A stretch of 64,000 bases of DNA from Epiperipatus broadwayi (GCA_028023455.1 JAQFVV010000006.1:6386001-6450000); one strand, 5' to 3'. Numbered from the stretch's first letter, positions 26,505 through 40,525 are shown. Numbers and translations are program-made. Notes: generated by a model not told the origin, from the letters alone.

Positions 26505-26735
26505 GGCTTTACTACTTGGAAGTTCATAAGAAGTTTGAGAGTCAAAATATCAGAATTAGAACTGATCCAAGAACATTACATTCAGAGACTAATTACCACT
26601 ACTTTAAATCCATAAAGGGATAAAAAAACGAATGGCTTATTGCTCAAACACAGTGCCAGAACAGGAATCAATCCAAGGACCTTATAATCCAAAAATTGAA
26701 TACTCTGCCCCAAACCACACAGGGCTTCGAAAAAA
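26505..26735 (-). mobile_element. Two tandem SINE family 1 copies
   Basis: Tails TTACTTGGAAGTTCATAAGAAGTTTGA and TTATTGCTCAA, followed by degenerate heads. Confidence 0.55.
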
Positions 26736-27835
26736 ATAGAAGACCTGAAATGTATTTGTTGCTAAAAGTGAGTTGAAATACAAAAACACTGAAACCTGGA
26801 TTCCAAGAGATTATAAATAATCTAAGGAAAAAACCACATATGAGATGGAAGGAAGAAATAAGAAGGTTTACTGGGATGATGAGTAAATGTTTTGGATCAG
26901 AAAACTTAAAATTCAAAAAAATCTTAATATTCTGAATATATAAACCACTAAGCTACATACAAAAGTAAGATTTCAAAACAGAACATTACATCAAAAAATG
27001 TGAGGAGAAAACAACATTTCTAAAACAAGCTTTATAACAAAAACTTATTAATGTATTATTAATTTGAAATATTATAAACCCCAAGCTCGAGTGCAGAAAG
27101 TCTTATTTATATAGAGAAAGGATTAATAAAGTCTGTCACAATAATTTGTTGGAACAATAACTCAAGAGTTCTTCATGATTATTGGACTATTTGAAAATAT
27201 TTGAACACATGCATCTAATTGCATAAATTGAGTAATTTAAATAATCAAGTCACATTTAAAATTAATTATAGTGATTGGAAACAAATACTAAATATAACCT
27301 TGTAGGAATAAAAATACTGCAGTAATATTATTACGTCATTTCTAAGAAACATTTAAATTAATAGGCTGGTTATAATAAGAAATCTACATGAATAAGTTAT
27401 ATGACTATGAAACCTACAGTAAATCAGAAAACTATAATTAAGTCCTTTTATTAAATATTCTATTAATGTATATATATATAATCAAATAACAATGTTAAAT
27501 TGTAATTAAGGACATTATAAATAATACAAATTTGGTAGCTTTCAGCAAATATTAATTTAGCCATTTTCAGTTACCTGTTAAAAACTGATACTGCTATAAT
27601 GTTTTGTTTCATAATTATACTAAATTGTAATTATGTATATTATTAGCACAAATAATCAAGAAATAATATTAAATTGTAATCATGGAGATTAATACATTGT
27701 ACAGGCTTAAATATGCATTTATATATGTAATATATGCGAGATTTGAACTCAGACTTTCACATGACCCACCACTCTCAGTGCCATCTCATATTGCTGACCC
27801 ACCTGATCACACACATGTTGAAAAGATAAATAATC

Positions 27836-27879
27836 ACCAATATAAGTATTTCATGCTAAACCAGCAATCATCAGTTGGT
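27836..27879 (-). ncRNA. Family B hammerhead (stem III palindrome broken)
   Basis: Minus strand ACCAA-CTGATGA-T-TGCT/GGTTT/AGCA-T-GAAA-TACTTA-TA-TTGGT. Confidence 0.8.
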
Positions 27880-28210
27880 CCAGATTACTATCTTCACACA
27901 TATATATAATCAGTGCTCAGATTTATATTAAGATCGCCAATCTTCATACTTTAATGGACAGGCTTCAAATTATTCAAACTGACAACTCTTCAGCCTTCCA
28001 TTTCATTGAAAATCTGATGGTGGAACGTTCAAAGCCCTTGTTAGTGCCAAGGTTGTCATCCTACCCATGTTGACATTAGTCATTCTGACCCCTCATGTAC
28101 AGGAGAATAATCCTTTTATACATACAGCCTGTCCATTAACGTATGAAGATTGGCTATCTTAATATAATGCTGAGCACTCATTATATATATGTGTGAGGAT
28201 AGTAATCTAG

Positions 28211-28254
28211 ACCAACTGATGATTGCTGGTTTAGCATGAAATACGGATATTGGT
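28211..28254 (+). ncRNA. Family B hammerhead (stem III palindrome broken)
   Basis: ACCAA-CTGATGA-T-TGCT/GGTTT/AGCA-T-GAAA-TACGGA-TA-TTGGT. Confidence 0.8.
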
Positions 28255-30221
28255 GATTATTTATCTTTTCAACGTGTGTGTGATCAGGTGGGTCAGCAAT
28301 ATGAGATGGCACTGAGAGGGGTGGGTCATGTGAAAGTCTGAGTTTGAATCCCACAATTATGGAGATTGTAAATTTAAAAAAGTGCTAGCTTTCAGCAAAC
28401 AATTTAGCCATTTTCAGTTGCTTTCTAAAAACTGATACTGCTATAATGTTTTGTTTCTTAATTATATGAAATATAGATATATATTAGCACAATAAATCAC
28501 ATTCAAGTATTACCAAAAACATTTGATTCTTTATAAAGCAAGTTTGGAACTGCCATGATATACATCAGGGCTAGAACACTATCATAATCGGAACATTTAT
28601 CAAAATGAAACAGCAGTAATTAGATTACATTGGAGGTCCATCAGGATGATTCCATATATGCAAAACTTTAAAACAGTTGTATGAAAAGCACTCTGCGAAT
28701 TAAAATGAGAAGTTAAGAAATAAAATACAGACAATTTAAATGATATAGATTTTTCTGAGAATACAATTTGTTTTTGCAAACAATGCTTCAGAACATCAGA
28801 CAATGTTGCAAAAATTACCATTCAAAAGTAATAAAGTGGTACTAGAAATAAATGTTAAAAAAGAAGAGGTAAAACATAAACATTAAATTCTTACTTTTTA
28901 AACATGTAAGCATATCTCCTTTTAATATTAAAACTCACATTCTCCAAGTTTAATTCTAATTTTACTTACGTTTTTATCTGTATTAATAATCTGACCAGGG
29001 TATATTAGTAATAGTTAGCTTCTAATTTGTGATTATAATATGGAATTCTGGTTAATTTTAAAGGTATCCCATTAATTTTAGTATGCCCCATTAAATACAA
29101 AGTGAAAAATTTTAAAAAAGATAAAATGAATAACATCCTTATTGATACATAAAAAAAACTTTTCTAACAATGAAATATATTTAATCATAAATGAGTTATT
29201 ATGAAGTTGTCACGAAATGACTTTATTTGTAAATAATAACAATAATGAAAACTAGGTTGAGCAAGTATATAAAAGTAAGTATATATGATTTGGCACTGCA
29301 GAAATAATACAGTTGAACACTGACAGTGTTAAAGCTGGACTGTGATCCATCGACCTTAAACTCCAGTCTACTCTTCTACCACTGAACCAAACCATGCGTG
29401 ACAAATCATTAAACTGGAGAAGCTCAAGAGAAATCTTAAATTAGTTACATGCAGGCAAAAAATGAGCAAAAGAGATCTAAAAAAAAATTACTGATAAAAG
29501 ACGTGTTGAAGTGAATACTGATATGTGCTTGCCATAACCGTGACATAGGGTTTGAACTGGGATGGATAAAACTTAGATAAAAAATAATTTAGATTTAAAA
29601 AATTTTCTGATTCACAACCCTTCAATTTGGGTTAGTAAATAAGATTATCTAATTATTTTTAACTAGAGGATAAGAAAAAAAACTTTGACCATCATTACCC
29701 AGCAAATAGATAGTGTCATTCTTCATTATTCTTTGGAGGGCTGTTGGAAAAAGTGGCTGTTTAAAGACTTGGTCACTTTTCTTTGATGTCCGATTTGTAA
29801 ATATATATCATACTTTTTCCATCATCTAGTTTAATTGTTAAATGTTTTTTTTTTTAAAAAGTCAAACTTTATTTAAACTTTTCAAATACATCAGTTAGTA
29901 GATAATACATTTTGAGTGAGATTTCTTCTTCAGATATTATGGCATGACTACTCATGATACTAAGGAAGAAGATCAAACAAGTGATCTTTAGATATATAAA
30001 TACTGAATTTAAACTACCAGTTATGTTTTTTTATTAAAACCTTCATTAGAACCTAATTTGTTAGTGTCAACTTAAATTTAGTAGCTATCAAGCAGTTGAA
30101 TTCCCATGTTATTGCTATCATTGGTCAGTCCACCAATGTCTGAAAAAAAGAGATTAACATTCAGAACATTGAGTTATAATAACATTTCACTCTTCTTACA
30201 CTTTAAAGCAAAACATATTCA

Positions 30222-30265
30222 TTCTTTATAGTTTCGACTGTTCCTAGCAGTCTTCATCAGATCTT
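30222..30265 (-). ncRNA. Family D-like hammerhead remnant
   Basis: Minus strand AAGAT-CTGATGA-A-GACTG/CTAGGAA/CAGTC-GAAA-CTATA-AAGAAT. Core and stem II intact, stem I poor. Confidence 0.55.
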
Positions 30266-31899
30266 ATTCTGTACTTAGTTCTAATGTATTTATAAAGTTT
30301 TAAAAAAAAATTGAATTTTTCAAAGAATACTTAATAACTAGATGGAGATAGATGATCACATAATTACCAAGTAAAATATCACCATCATAAACCCTTTATA
30401 TATATATATGTATATTAAGTTTTCTGCTTGGAGGCAGATTAAATTAATGATCAACAGATTATTACTGCAAGCAAATAATATATCAAGTAAAGCCTAAAAT
30501 TACATTATACTGAGAAAAGTTTCTTCTCCATCCTGTATCGTTAGTTGTTATCGGCATCACATGACCAGATCAATTTTCATAAACAAATTCTTATTCAAAT
30601 ATATTTTTGAAAGATTTCATTAATTAACAATAGCTAAAATTACATTATTATACTGTCAAAAAAAAGTTTCTTCTCTACTATATACTTTCAATTGTTTATT
30701 AGTATATAATCAGATCAATTTTCACAACAATCAGATTTTTACCCCAAACATTTAAGGTTTCAACTGATATCACTAATTCGCAATAAGAATAATGAAAGTG
30801 ACTGTCTATTGCAGTTTCTCTCTGTTCAGAGCAAGACTTATTAACTTTCTAATTTGTCACTATCTCCTCATATTCGGTAATGGTTATTACTATTTCTGGT
30901 ATAATCATAATTTACATTTTCTCCAAATTCACCTATTATCGATTTGATTAATCATACTTCACAGTACTCATGTTCTATATTAACTGCTTAAAAACGTTCC
31001 TTATCTTATTTGGTCTTACTATAAGATGTAATTTGGTGGAGATGGGGGGGGGGAGATAATATTAACAAAATGGATAGATTTAATGATAAGTGGTTGATCA
31101 ATTAAGATACCATGAGCAGTTCACTACAATGGCAGAGATTGTCTGATTTTGAACAAAAGATTCTTGAACTGAAGTTCAGTCTTTCCTTCCAGTAGCTTGA
31201 ACATTACCCTTCTAATGCTTGAACATTATGACCTCATGAAAACCAGTCATTTAAACTTTTTTCACAAGAGTGAAAATCCAAATAAAAAAAAAGTCAAAGG
31301 GATTACAAAGAAATATTATCTACATAGCAATTGATGGAACTTGATGCTTGATTAAACCAACTTTGTGGCTATTTCTTGATATCTCAGGAAATACAAATGG
31401 CTGTTTAAAATGACATGTAGAAATGGCAATCGTTGATCCACAAAGCTTTAGATTTTGAACTATCATATAATTGAATCACTGTGTTAACGATGTATAGAAC
31501 AATGATAGTAACAAATTATTTTAATAGAGAGTTGTGAGATCAAGTGAAACTATTAAGAGCTAAATGGCAGAGTACAACTATCTTATCTTATTGAACAAGG
31601 CTGAAGTTTCAGTCAGGCATCAACCCAGTTCAGGACATTTAGGGACAGGGAGAAATGACTATTCATCTATAGAAATCGAGCTGACAGTTACCTGATCAGG
31701 TTTATTTTATATATTCTCTATCCCTAACCAGATTGCCGTAATTAGGTTAATAGACTATCGTGACCAAGTATTAATCCTTGTCAGTAATAATTTACCATTT
31801 CTCATAACGCCTCAAATCCATAGCTATATCATAAAATAATGAAATTATTTACACCATTATGAAATAAATAATGTAGCTTTTAGATTAGCTAACGTTCAA

Positions 31900-34600
31900 G
31901 CATCCAAATGAACCGGGAAAAGAGGAGATTCATTCAATTAATTGCGTTTTTTAAAATTTACTCAGCTAAAAATAAATTTAAAACCTTTAGCTCTAACGTT
32001 CGTTAATTTATTATTGCGTTGACTACGCAAATCATAAAAGAAATTAATGCAATGCAAAAATATATAGAAGATAACTTACTTATAGCCTAAATTACTGTGC
32101 TATTACAATATCAACAATTAATATTTGAAGTTGGATTAAAAAGTTATTTATCACTCATCAAATAAAGATCACTATATCGCATGCATATACAAACATAACA
32201 CTAAATATTATCCACTGCCTGGTTTAGCGAAATAGTAGAGTGCGGATTCTGTAGTTCAAGGTCTCATGGATCGAGATTCTAGTTGTCATTTCCGGTTTCC
32301 GAACTTCTTATGAATTCCCGAGTAATAAGCTATTCGACTATTATTATATTAACACTGACGCATTCGAGCTAACTTACACGCACACGCTATTTTAACAAAA
32401 AAAAAAAAGTCACACTTTTGCTATAGCCTATGTATAAATAAACACGCGCACACATAACTATGAAAAACGGGGATATTTTTAAAAGTCCAAAAATTTTAAT
32501 GAATGTAAAGACCAATTACATATGCTTTAATAAGATGTAAATGTTCCTACTCCGCGAATTTTCATTAGCGTCTTTTTTTTTTTTTTGAACTCCAATAAGC
32601 TTTTGACTCACACTAGCAGTCATTTATCATATTCTATCTCCGCTTTAGAATTTAATGGGTATAAATTTACACTATTTCATACACTGTTTTTACATAATAT
32701 GTTTCGTTTTAGTTTTATAAGTTAATCCCGAGTACATTTTTCAAGTTCCCTTCCCCTTCCCAAGTTTAACAGAAAAAAAAAAAAAAGATGAGAAGCGTAG
32801 CGAGACTGGTTAATCAATGGGCAAGAACGGCTTTCACCGGTGCTAAGGTATCGTAATAGTTCACTCACTCAAGGAGGTTGTGATGCTTTACTTCTTTACC
32901 CCATCACATCCAAGTTGAGTGAGTAAACTACAGATACATTTCAGGATCAGCTCAAGTTATCCAGGATTTGGTTCAGCAAATGACATTGTAATCCGTGCTC
33001 GGGTAGAAGTTTGGCTCGGCCATTTTATCCAGAATCAAAATGCTATAAACCATTTTTAATCCCGGGATCGCAAACTTATTTTCCATATTTATTTGATTTC
33101 CCTCCCTCGTGTTCGATACAATCAAACCACTCAGAACTTTCTTAAAACTACTTTTCACTATTAGCCATTCTGCTAACTTCGCACTTTTTAAAAGAGTTCT
33201 ACTCACCAGCCCTAGCCAACACCCACAAATGCGCACTCCTATATACTAAAAAAGGTATCCACTATTCAAACGTATTTCTCTTCACTGCTCGAGACCATCT
33301 GTACAAGCATGGTCTAAAACAACAGTAATCTGATTGACAAACACTATTTCTCTAATAATTAATCACATGCTTACAGAAATCATGTGACTATTTAGCCTTT
33401 CCCTTTTCCGTTAGCTGCTACCGGAATAATTTAATCTTAGCCTTTTTTGTACAAATACGTTTTTTTTTTTTTCACTTTAGTTTACTTGTTGTTTTTTTTT
33501 TAAAGTAAAACCGAAACTTATAGATAAAAGTTTTTGATATTAGTTGATTCTTACAAATCAACGATAATAAATGCTTCAGAAAATGAGCCATTCAATTACG
33601 CACCCGAAACCCCCCTCCCCATGCCATCGCCTCAACCATTTGCCATAAAAACACACCCACCAAACAGTCATACTCCAATAACTACAGAAGGTTGGAAAAA
33701 AGTTGTCAGTTTAAACTAGCTTAAACTGAAAGACAAAGAAAAGCATTCATTTTAAATGCGAATATTAGAATATATTATTTACGTTTAAAAGTTATTTTCA
33801 TTATGGTTATTATCTGCGAACAAAATAACTTGACATATATACATATATGAATTTTATTGATGTAAGTTTAACAGTAGGCAGTATTTATATATATTTGTGC
33901 CCATCCTGTTTATACAGGATGGGCTATAAAAAAAAAAAACTTTATGTAAAAAAAATAGTGAATATATATAAAATAGACAAAAAACGCTTTCATAAAAGTA
34001 AAATAGTGAATGCCTACACAAAATTAGCAAAAGAAATTATAAAAGACTTTTACCTAAGCACAAGAATTTAAAAAAATTAAGTCACAGAATATTTACTAAT
34101 GTCATATTATATATATAACAATTTGTTAATTCAGAAAAACTAGGCTAATATGGGAATCTCAATGTGTGTGCGTGTGTGTTAATTGCTTTACATAATTTAG
34201 TATAGAGGTAGAATGTGAATATTCTAAAGTTAAATACCGACGCACGGATGATAACTCAAATTCGCTCTTTTTCCAGAGCTGGAATATCACAGGATCTCCA
34301 GGGAAACAAACTGTTTGTTTGCGTCTTTTACTTATTCACTATCAGTCGCTTGCAAAAGGGTAAGGCCAGTTCTAAATTTAGAAGAAAAAATAAAACATAT
34401 GTTCTTAGAAAAGACAAAATAAAAAGTTTAATGTGTGTTTTACCATGCCTATACAAACCCATCCTAATCTATCGCACGTTAATCCCCCCCCCCCCGACTT
34501 ATTATGAAGCATTCGTTTAATTTCTTCTGAGGTAAACTTTTATTTCTGAAATATTTCAATAGCTTTATTCAAATTTAGCTCTTCATTATATCCTATATCA
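31900..34600. promoter_or_regulatory. CpG-retaining region, candidate promoter or first-exon zone
   Basis: CpG dinucleotides are visibly frequent here and scarce in the flanks. Large repeats are nearly absent. TATA-like TAGTATATAGG on the minus strand near 33237-33247. Confidence 0.4.
32218..32345 (+). mobile_element. SINE family 1, CpG-rich copy
   Basis: GGTTTAGCGAAATAGTAGAG head, GGATCGAGATTC B-box-like, TTCCGGTTTCCGAACTTCTTATGAATTCCCGAGTAATAA tail. Confidence 0.7.
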
Positions 34601-36232
34601 TCGTTAGCCATTATCCTCCAAGAAAACATTATATCTCTTTATAACATCTCTGGCGTATAATTCTTTTAATTTAAACAGGGTTTGACTTTCTAGATTTCGA
34701 AATTAATAATTGGGATGATGCAATAAAGTTTAGTTGCTTTACGAGTTAGTAAGTAAACAACTTACCCAATTTCAGCTTATATGGGGGGAGAGCTGTTAAT
34801 TAGTTATGGATTGATTTCTATATTATTTATGGCCATATTTATCGTCATGCATCAGTCTATCACCGTTATTTTATAATTATAATAAACACATATTGGATTA
34901 TCCTTATCAGCTAGGTAAGAAAAGTTCTGAAGATGAATTTGAATTCAAAGACAATGGATAAAACACAATATAAAATCTTTTCCATTTGAGTGACAGTTAA
35001 TATTATTAGTTATTTTTTTCCTCACCTCATAATAGTATTAGTCTGTAGATTGTACTTTATAAGCTAATTGAGTTTAACCAGAGCATCATCTTATTAAAAC
35101 TGTTCAAATTTCATTGTAAAATATTTTTAGGAGGTCTGCTACCAATGTGGTTTCAATTGAGAGCAAGTTCAGTCATTCACGTTAGATGTTCTCTCTCTGG
35201 CTTGCCTCCAAAAAGTCTGACTATTTATTACCAGATCCCTTACCTTACTAGCAGCAATCACATTCAGAGAGCATCATTACCTATTGGCCCATACTAAGCA
35301 ATGGTATGATTTTATACATTTGTTTACACATTAGCCATAATTATTCACCCTTTGGCCATGTTTATACATTGGTTATCAACATGTTTACACATTGGTTAAT
35401 AGTAATGAGTGCTCAATCCGATTAGATAAGGAAGGAATCTAGACTAGTCCACTTCTGAAGGCAAGGACAGATATGACACTTTGCATATTCAACCCAATAA
35501 AAAGAAGTCTTTACAATATATTTACTAATATAACATTCAGATATAGGAAAATATATTGATCTATCATGTGGTTTATATAGATCTATACATCTAAACTTTA
35601 AGATTTTTCTAATTTTAATTTAAAACTGCTTTTGCATTTTATTACCTATGATGACCAAGTAGCATAATTTGGCTAGAGTAGCCTATAGTATAAATAAACC
35701 TGTTTTCAATTACAGGGTAAGAGCTCTGAGGAGATGATTATTAAATAGTCAAATGTCAGCTAATTTGCAAAGTTTAAACAATATAAAATCTTGCATTGCA
35801 TTGTATTGTGTACATAGAAGAGTGTGAAATTATTTTTTTTGTATTTGTAAGAATAATAACTTAGCATACAATGTCTCACTTAACATCAAAATATCACGAT
35901 TTTGTCAGTTCATTAATATGTATTTTAGGAGCAGTTCTAACTCTATTCCAAATCCATCTCATTGTTAACGTGAGCAATCAATGGTCATTAGACAATAACA
36001 CTATCGAAACATTACATATGCTTTTAGTAACAATTTTTCTCATTCTTTTCCAGAGCCATCTATTGCAAGATTGATTAATCAATTGTCACTAATGATGTCA
36101 CTATCAAACACCATATGACATCTCAGATTACTCTCAACACATGATTCAGAAACTGTTCTCATTCTACTGCAGTGTCACCTACTTTAAACTTGAACGATTA
36201 AGATACTAGATAGCAGTTTTCTTATATCCATA

Positions 36233-36273
36233 TTCCCAAATAGGTTTCCGACTTTTGCCTTCATCAGTAAGAA
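36233..36273 (-). ncRNA. Diverged family A-like hammerhead
   Basis: Minus strand TTCTTA-CTGATGA-A-GGC/AAAA/GTC-G-GAAA-CCTA-TT-TGGGAA, followed by TATGG like family A GATATTGG. Confidence 0.55.
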
Positions 36274-36840
36274 CTCAGATTAAAGTTAGAATCAGTACCA
36301 ATATATACCTAACAGCCATTTTCAACTGTTTTATACAAGCTAATAGTTTGATAGTAGAAAAAATTCTGTCTTCAAGAAAGCCTATTTGCTCCAATAGCTT
36401 TACATCATTTGTTGCTCAGGGATTCTTATAAAATTTAAAAACTGGAATTAATAGAATTGTGCCCTGATTCTTGTTAAGAGGATGGCAAGCAATGACAACC
36501 AAATGATGATCAATTATTGTTAGATTCTGTTAAAGTGCCTGTCTTCATGCGAATATATAACATATAACTAAATAAAGAGCTACTAAAATAAATTGTTGAG
36601 GATGATAAGTGAGGACAAACTATAGTGATGATGATAGATGCGATCATGGTGTTCTATTGCCTACACAATTTTCTTTGTGAGAGTTCTTAAGACACATTTC
36701 TAAATATTGAGATGCTAAAATAAATTGTATAAGAGAATGACAAGTAATGGCAGGCCGTGGCTAATGATGATGATCAAGTGTTATAGCTTGGTCACCTATA
36801 TCTACTATCTTGTTATTTAACTTCTCCTACCATACATACA

Positions 36841-37795
36841 CAAGGCCTGACAATTAAGTCTCTAAGCTTGCAGCTATGTGCATACATTGGACGAAAACCG
36901 GTTCAATAAAATATTTATTAATTTTTATTTAGTTCTTTAATTTTAAGTGAGTTAAAATAATTTTTTTGTCAGCACTGTACAAAACAACCATGGTATATTA
37001 ATGTGTCATAATTGCATGTCTATCAGTATAAGGCAATGTCTCGCTAAATGGTATTTGTCTCATATTTTGTATGTCGATAAGAGAACTGGGGTTTGAATTA
37101 GAAAATTATGAACAAACGTTACATTTTTTGTAAAACTTGTGAAAAGCAGAAGCGTAATCAGAGATGTGTTAGTGCAAGTTTATGAGAATAATGCCATGAA
37201 GAAAATAGGAGTGTACAAATAGATTAAACATTTTCTGAGAGAAGAGAATCGCTGATGAAAAGAGATGAGATTGGCCAATAATGAGCAGAAGTGATGAAAA
37301 TATTGCAAAAGTTTATCAGATCAACTAACTGAGAGAAGCATAAGAAATCAAGCAAACATTAATAGAGGAGCAGTTAGTAAAATCTTAACTGAAATATCTC
37401 TGCATGAAAAAGGTATGCACTAAAAGTGTCCCGAAAGGGCTGACCATCTATGAAGGAATTTTCAGCCAGTAAACAAACTATATTAAAACAACTATATTAA
37501 AAAATCCTCCCTGCTGATCTTTTCTAATCTTCAATGACTTTTTTCTTCACCCAAAGATAAAGGAAATATTGCCAGGAAGATATTTTGATGATATTCAAGA
37601 TATTATGGGTGATATGGCAACACCTCTGATAGCCATTCCAGAAAAGGAATTCCCAAATTGTGTTGAAGACTGGACAAGATGCTGACATTGATGCATAGTT
37701 TCCATAGAAGAGTACTTTGAAGGTGACCATAGTGATCTTCAGCAATGAGGTATGTAGCACTTTTTTTAGAATGTTCGGAAACGTGTCAGTCCTCA
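36841..37795 (+). mobile_element. Internally deleted, degenerate mariner transposon
   Basis: TA-flanked TIR remnants CAAGGCCTGACAATTAAG and TTCGGAAACGTGTCAGTCCTCA. Broken reading gives a mariner HTH region (..VYENNAMKKIGVYK*IK.., ..VSKILTE..KSVPKGLT) and C-terminus (..IAIPEKEFPNCVEDWTRC..EEYFEGD). Confidence 0.8.
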
Positions 37796-39735
37796 TATTT
37801 ATATTTTCACCTGTATGATTATTTCTTTAAAAGAGTAATCGCAAACCTACATATTTGCATAAGACATTAAAATTATCACTAAGTGTTTATGACAAATCCA
37901 TTTACTTCTGTTTCTAATCACGACTCAATCCTTTTTTCTTTTCAAAAATATACAGAAAAGAAGTGATTTTAATTATAGAATTATAAGGCTAAGTGTTTAT
38001 GATACCTTTAGACACATATAAATGTAAAACAGATTTAGATAATGCATAGAAATGAAAAAAAAAATCCATCATTTCTGCCCAGGGAAGCAGTACAAGAAAA
38101 AATGCCACTTATTAGATTATTCACTCTCTTTAAAAATTTCTAGGGACTCATTTAACTGACCAATAATTGATAATTTAGCAAGGTGGGCTTTGTGATCGTT
38201 TTGTGGGGAAGAAATATTAAGTTTTCCAGGAAGTTTGCAGCTACTGAAAAAAAAAAACTTCCATATTCCATCTCTACTTAAATATAAATTATGGCAAATC
38301 AATGTTATAGCTTACACCATAATGTCATTAATATACTTGCACATGTCATCACTACGAACAGCCAATCAAAATTGATTGTAGCTGTTCTAACTTTAGAAGA
38401 ATAAAAAACCTAGAGAAAGAGGAAAAACTGGAAAAAATAACAAAAATAAAAATAATTAGAGTTGAAATGGCTATAGGGGTAATTAAATGATAGAAAAATG
38501 GATGCACATTCGCACAATCCCAATTAACACATTGGTTCAGGATTGGCTAATGGTATGAAGCTTATGATAATTGAATCTCAAGTAATTTAAATGATTACTA
38601 ATACAATAAAAGTAACCAAATGTTTATTTTTTTGGCAAGTCATGTGACATTTGAGCAATGAATGAGAATTGAATTTTGACTACAGAACTATCTTTTGAGC
38701 CTAACATTTTCCCTCTGCACTGCTCAGTAGCACCAATTTGAAAAGTTAGTTGCTTAAGAAGTCCTGTAACACTCAGCAATCCACAAATGAAGATTAAGCC
38801 TCAAAGTGGTGCCTTTAGCTTATGAGTATGTCCCTCTACCACTGTATTAAATGATGCAAAGTATCTATGTAACTGAAATCAGTTTTAGAATAGCAAATGG
38901 AGACAGAGACCAAGAGAAAAAAATTACGCTTAATTCAGTCAATAACATCAGTAACGCTCATTAGCATAACAAATTAAGAAAGTGATAATCCTCATTTATT
39001 CTAAGTTCTGTCATTATCCTCTTACTATACACACAATCCATTCGACAAAATAGAAAGTGACGCAAAGACGCAATCAATAGCGTTAGAAGTGTACATGTGT
39101 GTAAATATATATTCAATTTCTGAGATCCGCTGTGAACGGTTGGAAAAAAGTGTCTTTAATTAAACAAAATTAAAGGTCAAACATACAATTTCCTAACCTC
39201 CACATGTGTATAGGCTGTTTCATATTACAATCTTTCACTTATTATTACAGCTGATGTAATGCTATTTATGTGACTGACTCATATTAAAATAGTATTTTTA
39301 TTATGCAGCTAATAATAGCTAGATTTTCTTTCATGTAACAAAATAACAATGATCTATTATTGGAATTCAAATACAGGAAATGGCAGACCAGGTCCACCTT
39401 CTACCAGTACACCAAGTAACACTAAGTAGTGTCTTTATTAATTTTGAACTATTAATCTGATTTAAAATAATAAGACTGTTAAATTAAATAAATGTATTTT
39501 AATCTAAAAGTCAACCGTCTACAGAACTTTTAAGAACTGAACATTACAAAATCAAATATAGGAATGCATATTTCATAGTTTTAAGCAGAAGTGGTCCATT
39601 TATACTTTTAAAATGTTTATTGATGGCAGAAGGTATGTCACCTATTTAGCACATGCACAAACAGTAGTTTCTTTAGTATATAATTATGCTAAGAGCTTAC
39701 AAAAACAATTATAAAGTTTGATTAACTTAAATTAC

Positions 39736-39935
39736 TAAACATCACATTAGATCCTAAGATCTAGGTGCAATGCTCTCAGATCCAAGGTTCCTCACTAATG
39801 AAGTCCATGAGCTTAGAGTCTGTGGATATTGGATGAGTAGGCATTAAATAGGGACTTTATGCACAAACCTTCCTACATCCATTGATTACTCTGGCTTGCA
39901 CAGAGTGGCGCTACTGTGTGAAGGGATAGCCTCTA
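39736..39935 (+). mobile_element. Family A element with decayed HHR and 12-bp inverted cap
   Basis: TAAACATCACAT cap, then TAGATCCTAAGATCTAGG...CCTCACTAATGA..., ending near GCCTCTATGTG. Confidence 0.8.
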
Positions 39936-40426
39936 TGTGCTTGGTTAACTCTAGGCTGAATTTATATCTATAGAGATATCTTCATTACAAATTCCTTTTC
40001 CCAAATTTTTCTGGTCCTTTTATAAAATTTGTTGCAAATTCTAGGGTAGAAATTCTTATCAAGATTGAATTAAAAAATCGATCAATTCTCCGATTGAAGT
40101 AATTGGTGATATGGTATTCTTTCTTCATGATTGGCCTCCGAAGTACAACAGCTTTATATTGGGATAGAAAACTCTACCGGATTAGAAAACATTACTGATG
40201 CAAATGCTATTGTTTTAAAAACACCATTTGTTCCAAACATCTGTGGTTTGAAAATAATAATGTTTACATTTTAGCAAGCTTGATTTATCTTTATCAATAG
40301 ATTTTCATGTTATATATTTTTCTTTTTTAATAATCAATTAATATCAATCTGTTTTTGTCTGATATTAGTGTATATATATATTTGATTAGTGAGATTTAAC
40401 AAAACGTTGCTCAATAATAGATAGAT

Positions 40427-40525
40427 GTCAAGAGTTGGTGGCCGAGTGGTCAGCACAGCTGCCTTACAAGCTGTTGTCCCGGGTTCATGGGTTCACTGGC
40501 TGATGCTTTGACACATTAAAAAAAA
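40427..40525 (+). mobile_element. SINE family 2
   Basis: Canonical A box TGGCCGAGTGG, GCTGCCTTACAAGC, end GATGCTTTGACAC plus A-tail. Confidence 0.8.

Larger units (their letters stand above)
27690..28354. mobile_element. Family B fold-back element with two outward-facing HHRs
   Basis: ~27736-27964 is mirrored by ~28125-28352. HHRs at 27836-27879 (-) and 28211-28254 (+). Candidate 13-bp TSD AAT(C/T)ATGGAGATT at 27677-27689 and 28355-28367. Confidence 0.85.

Noticed and set aside
34921-34965. CTGAAGA-T-GAAT/TTGA/ATTC as an HHR
   Set aside because: It is followed by AAAG instead of GAAA, with no convincing stem III or stem I.
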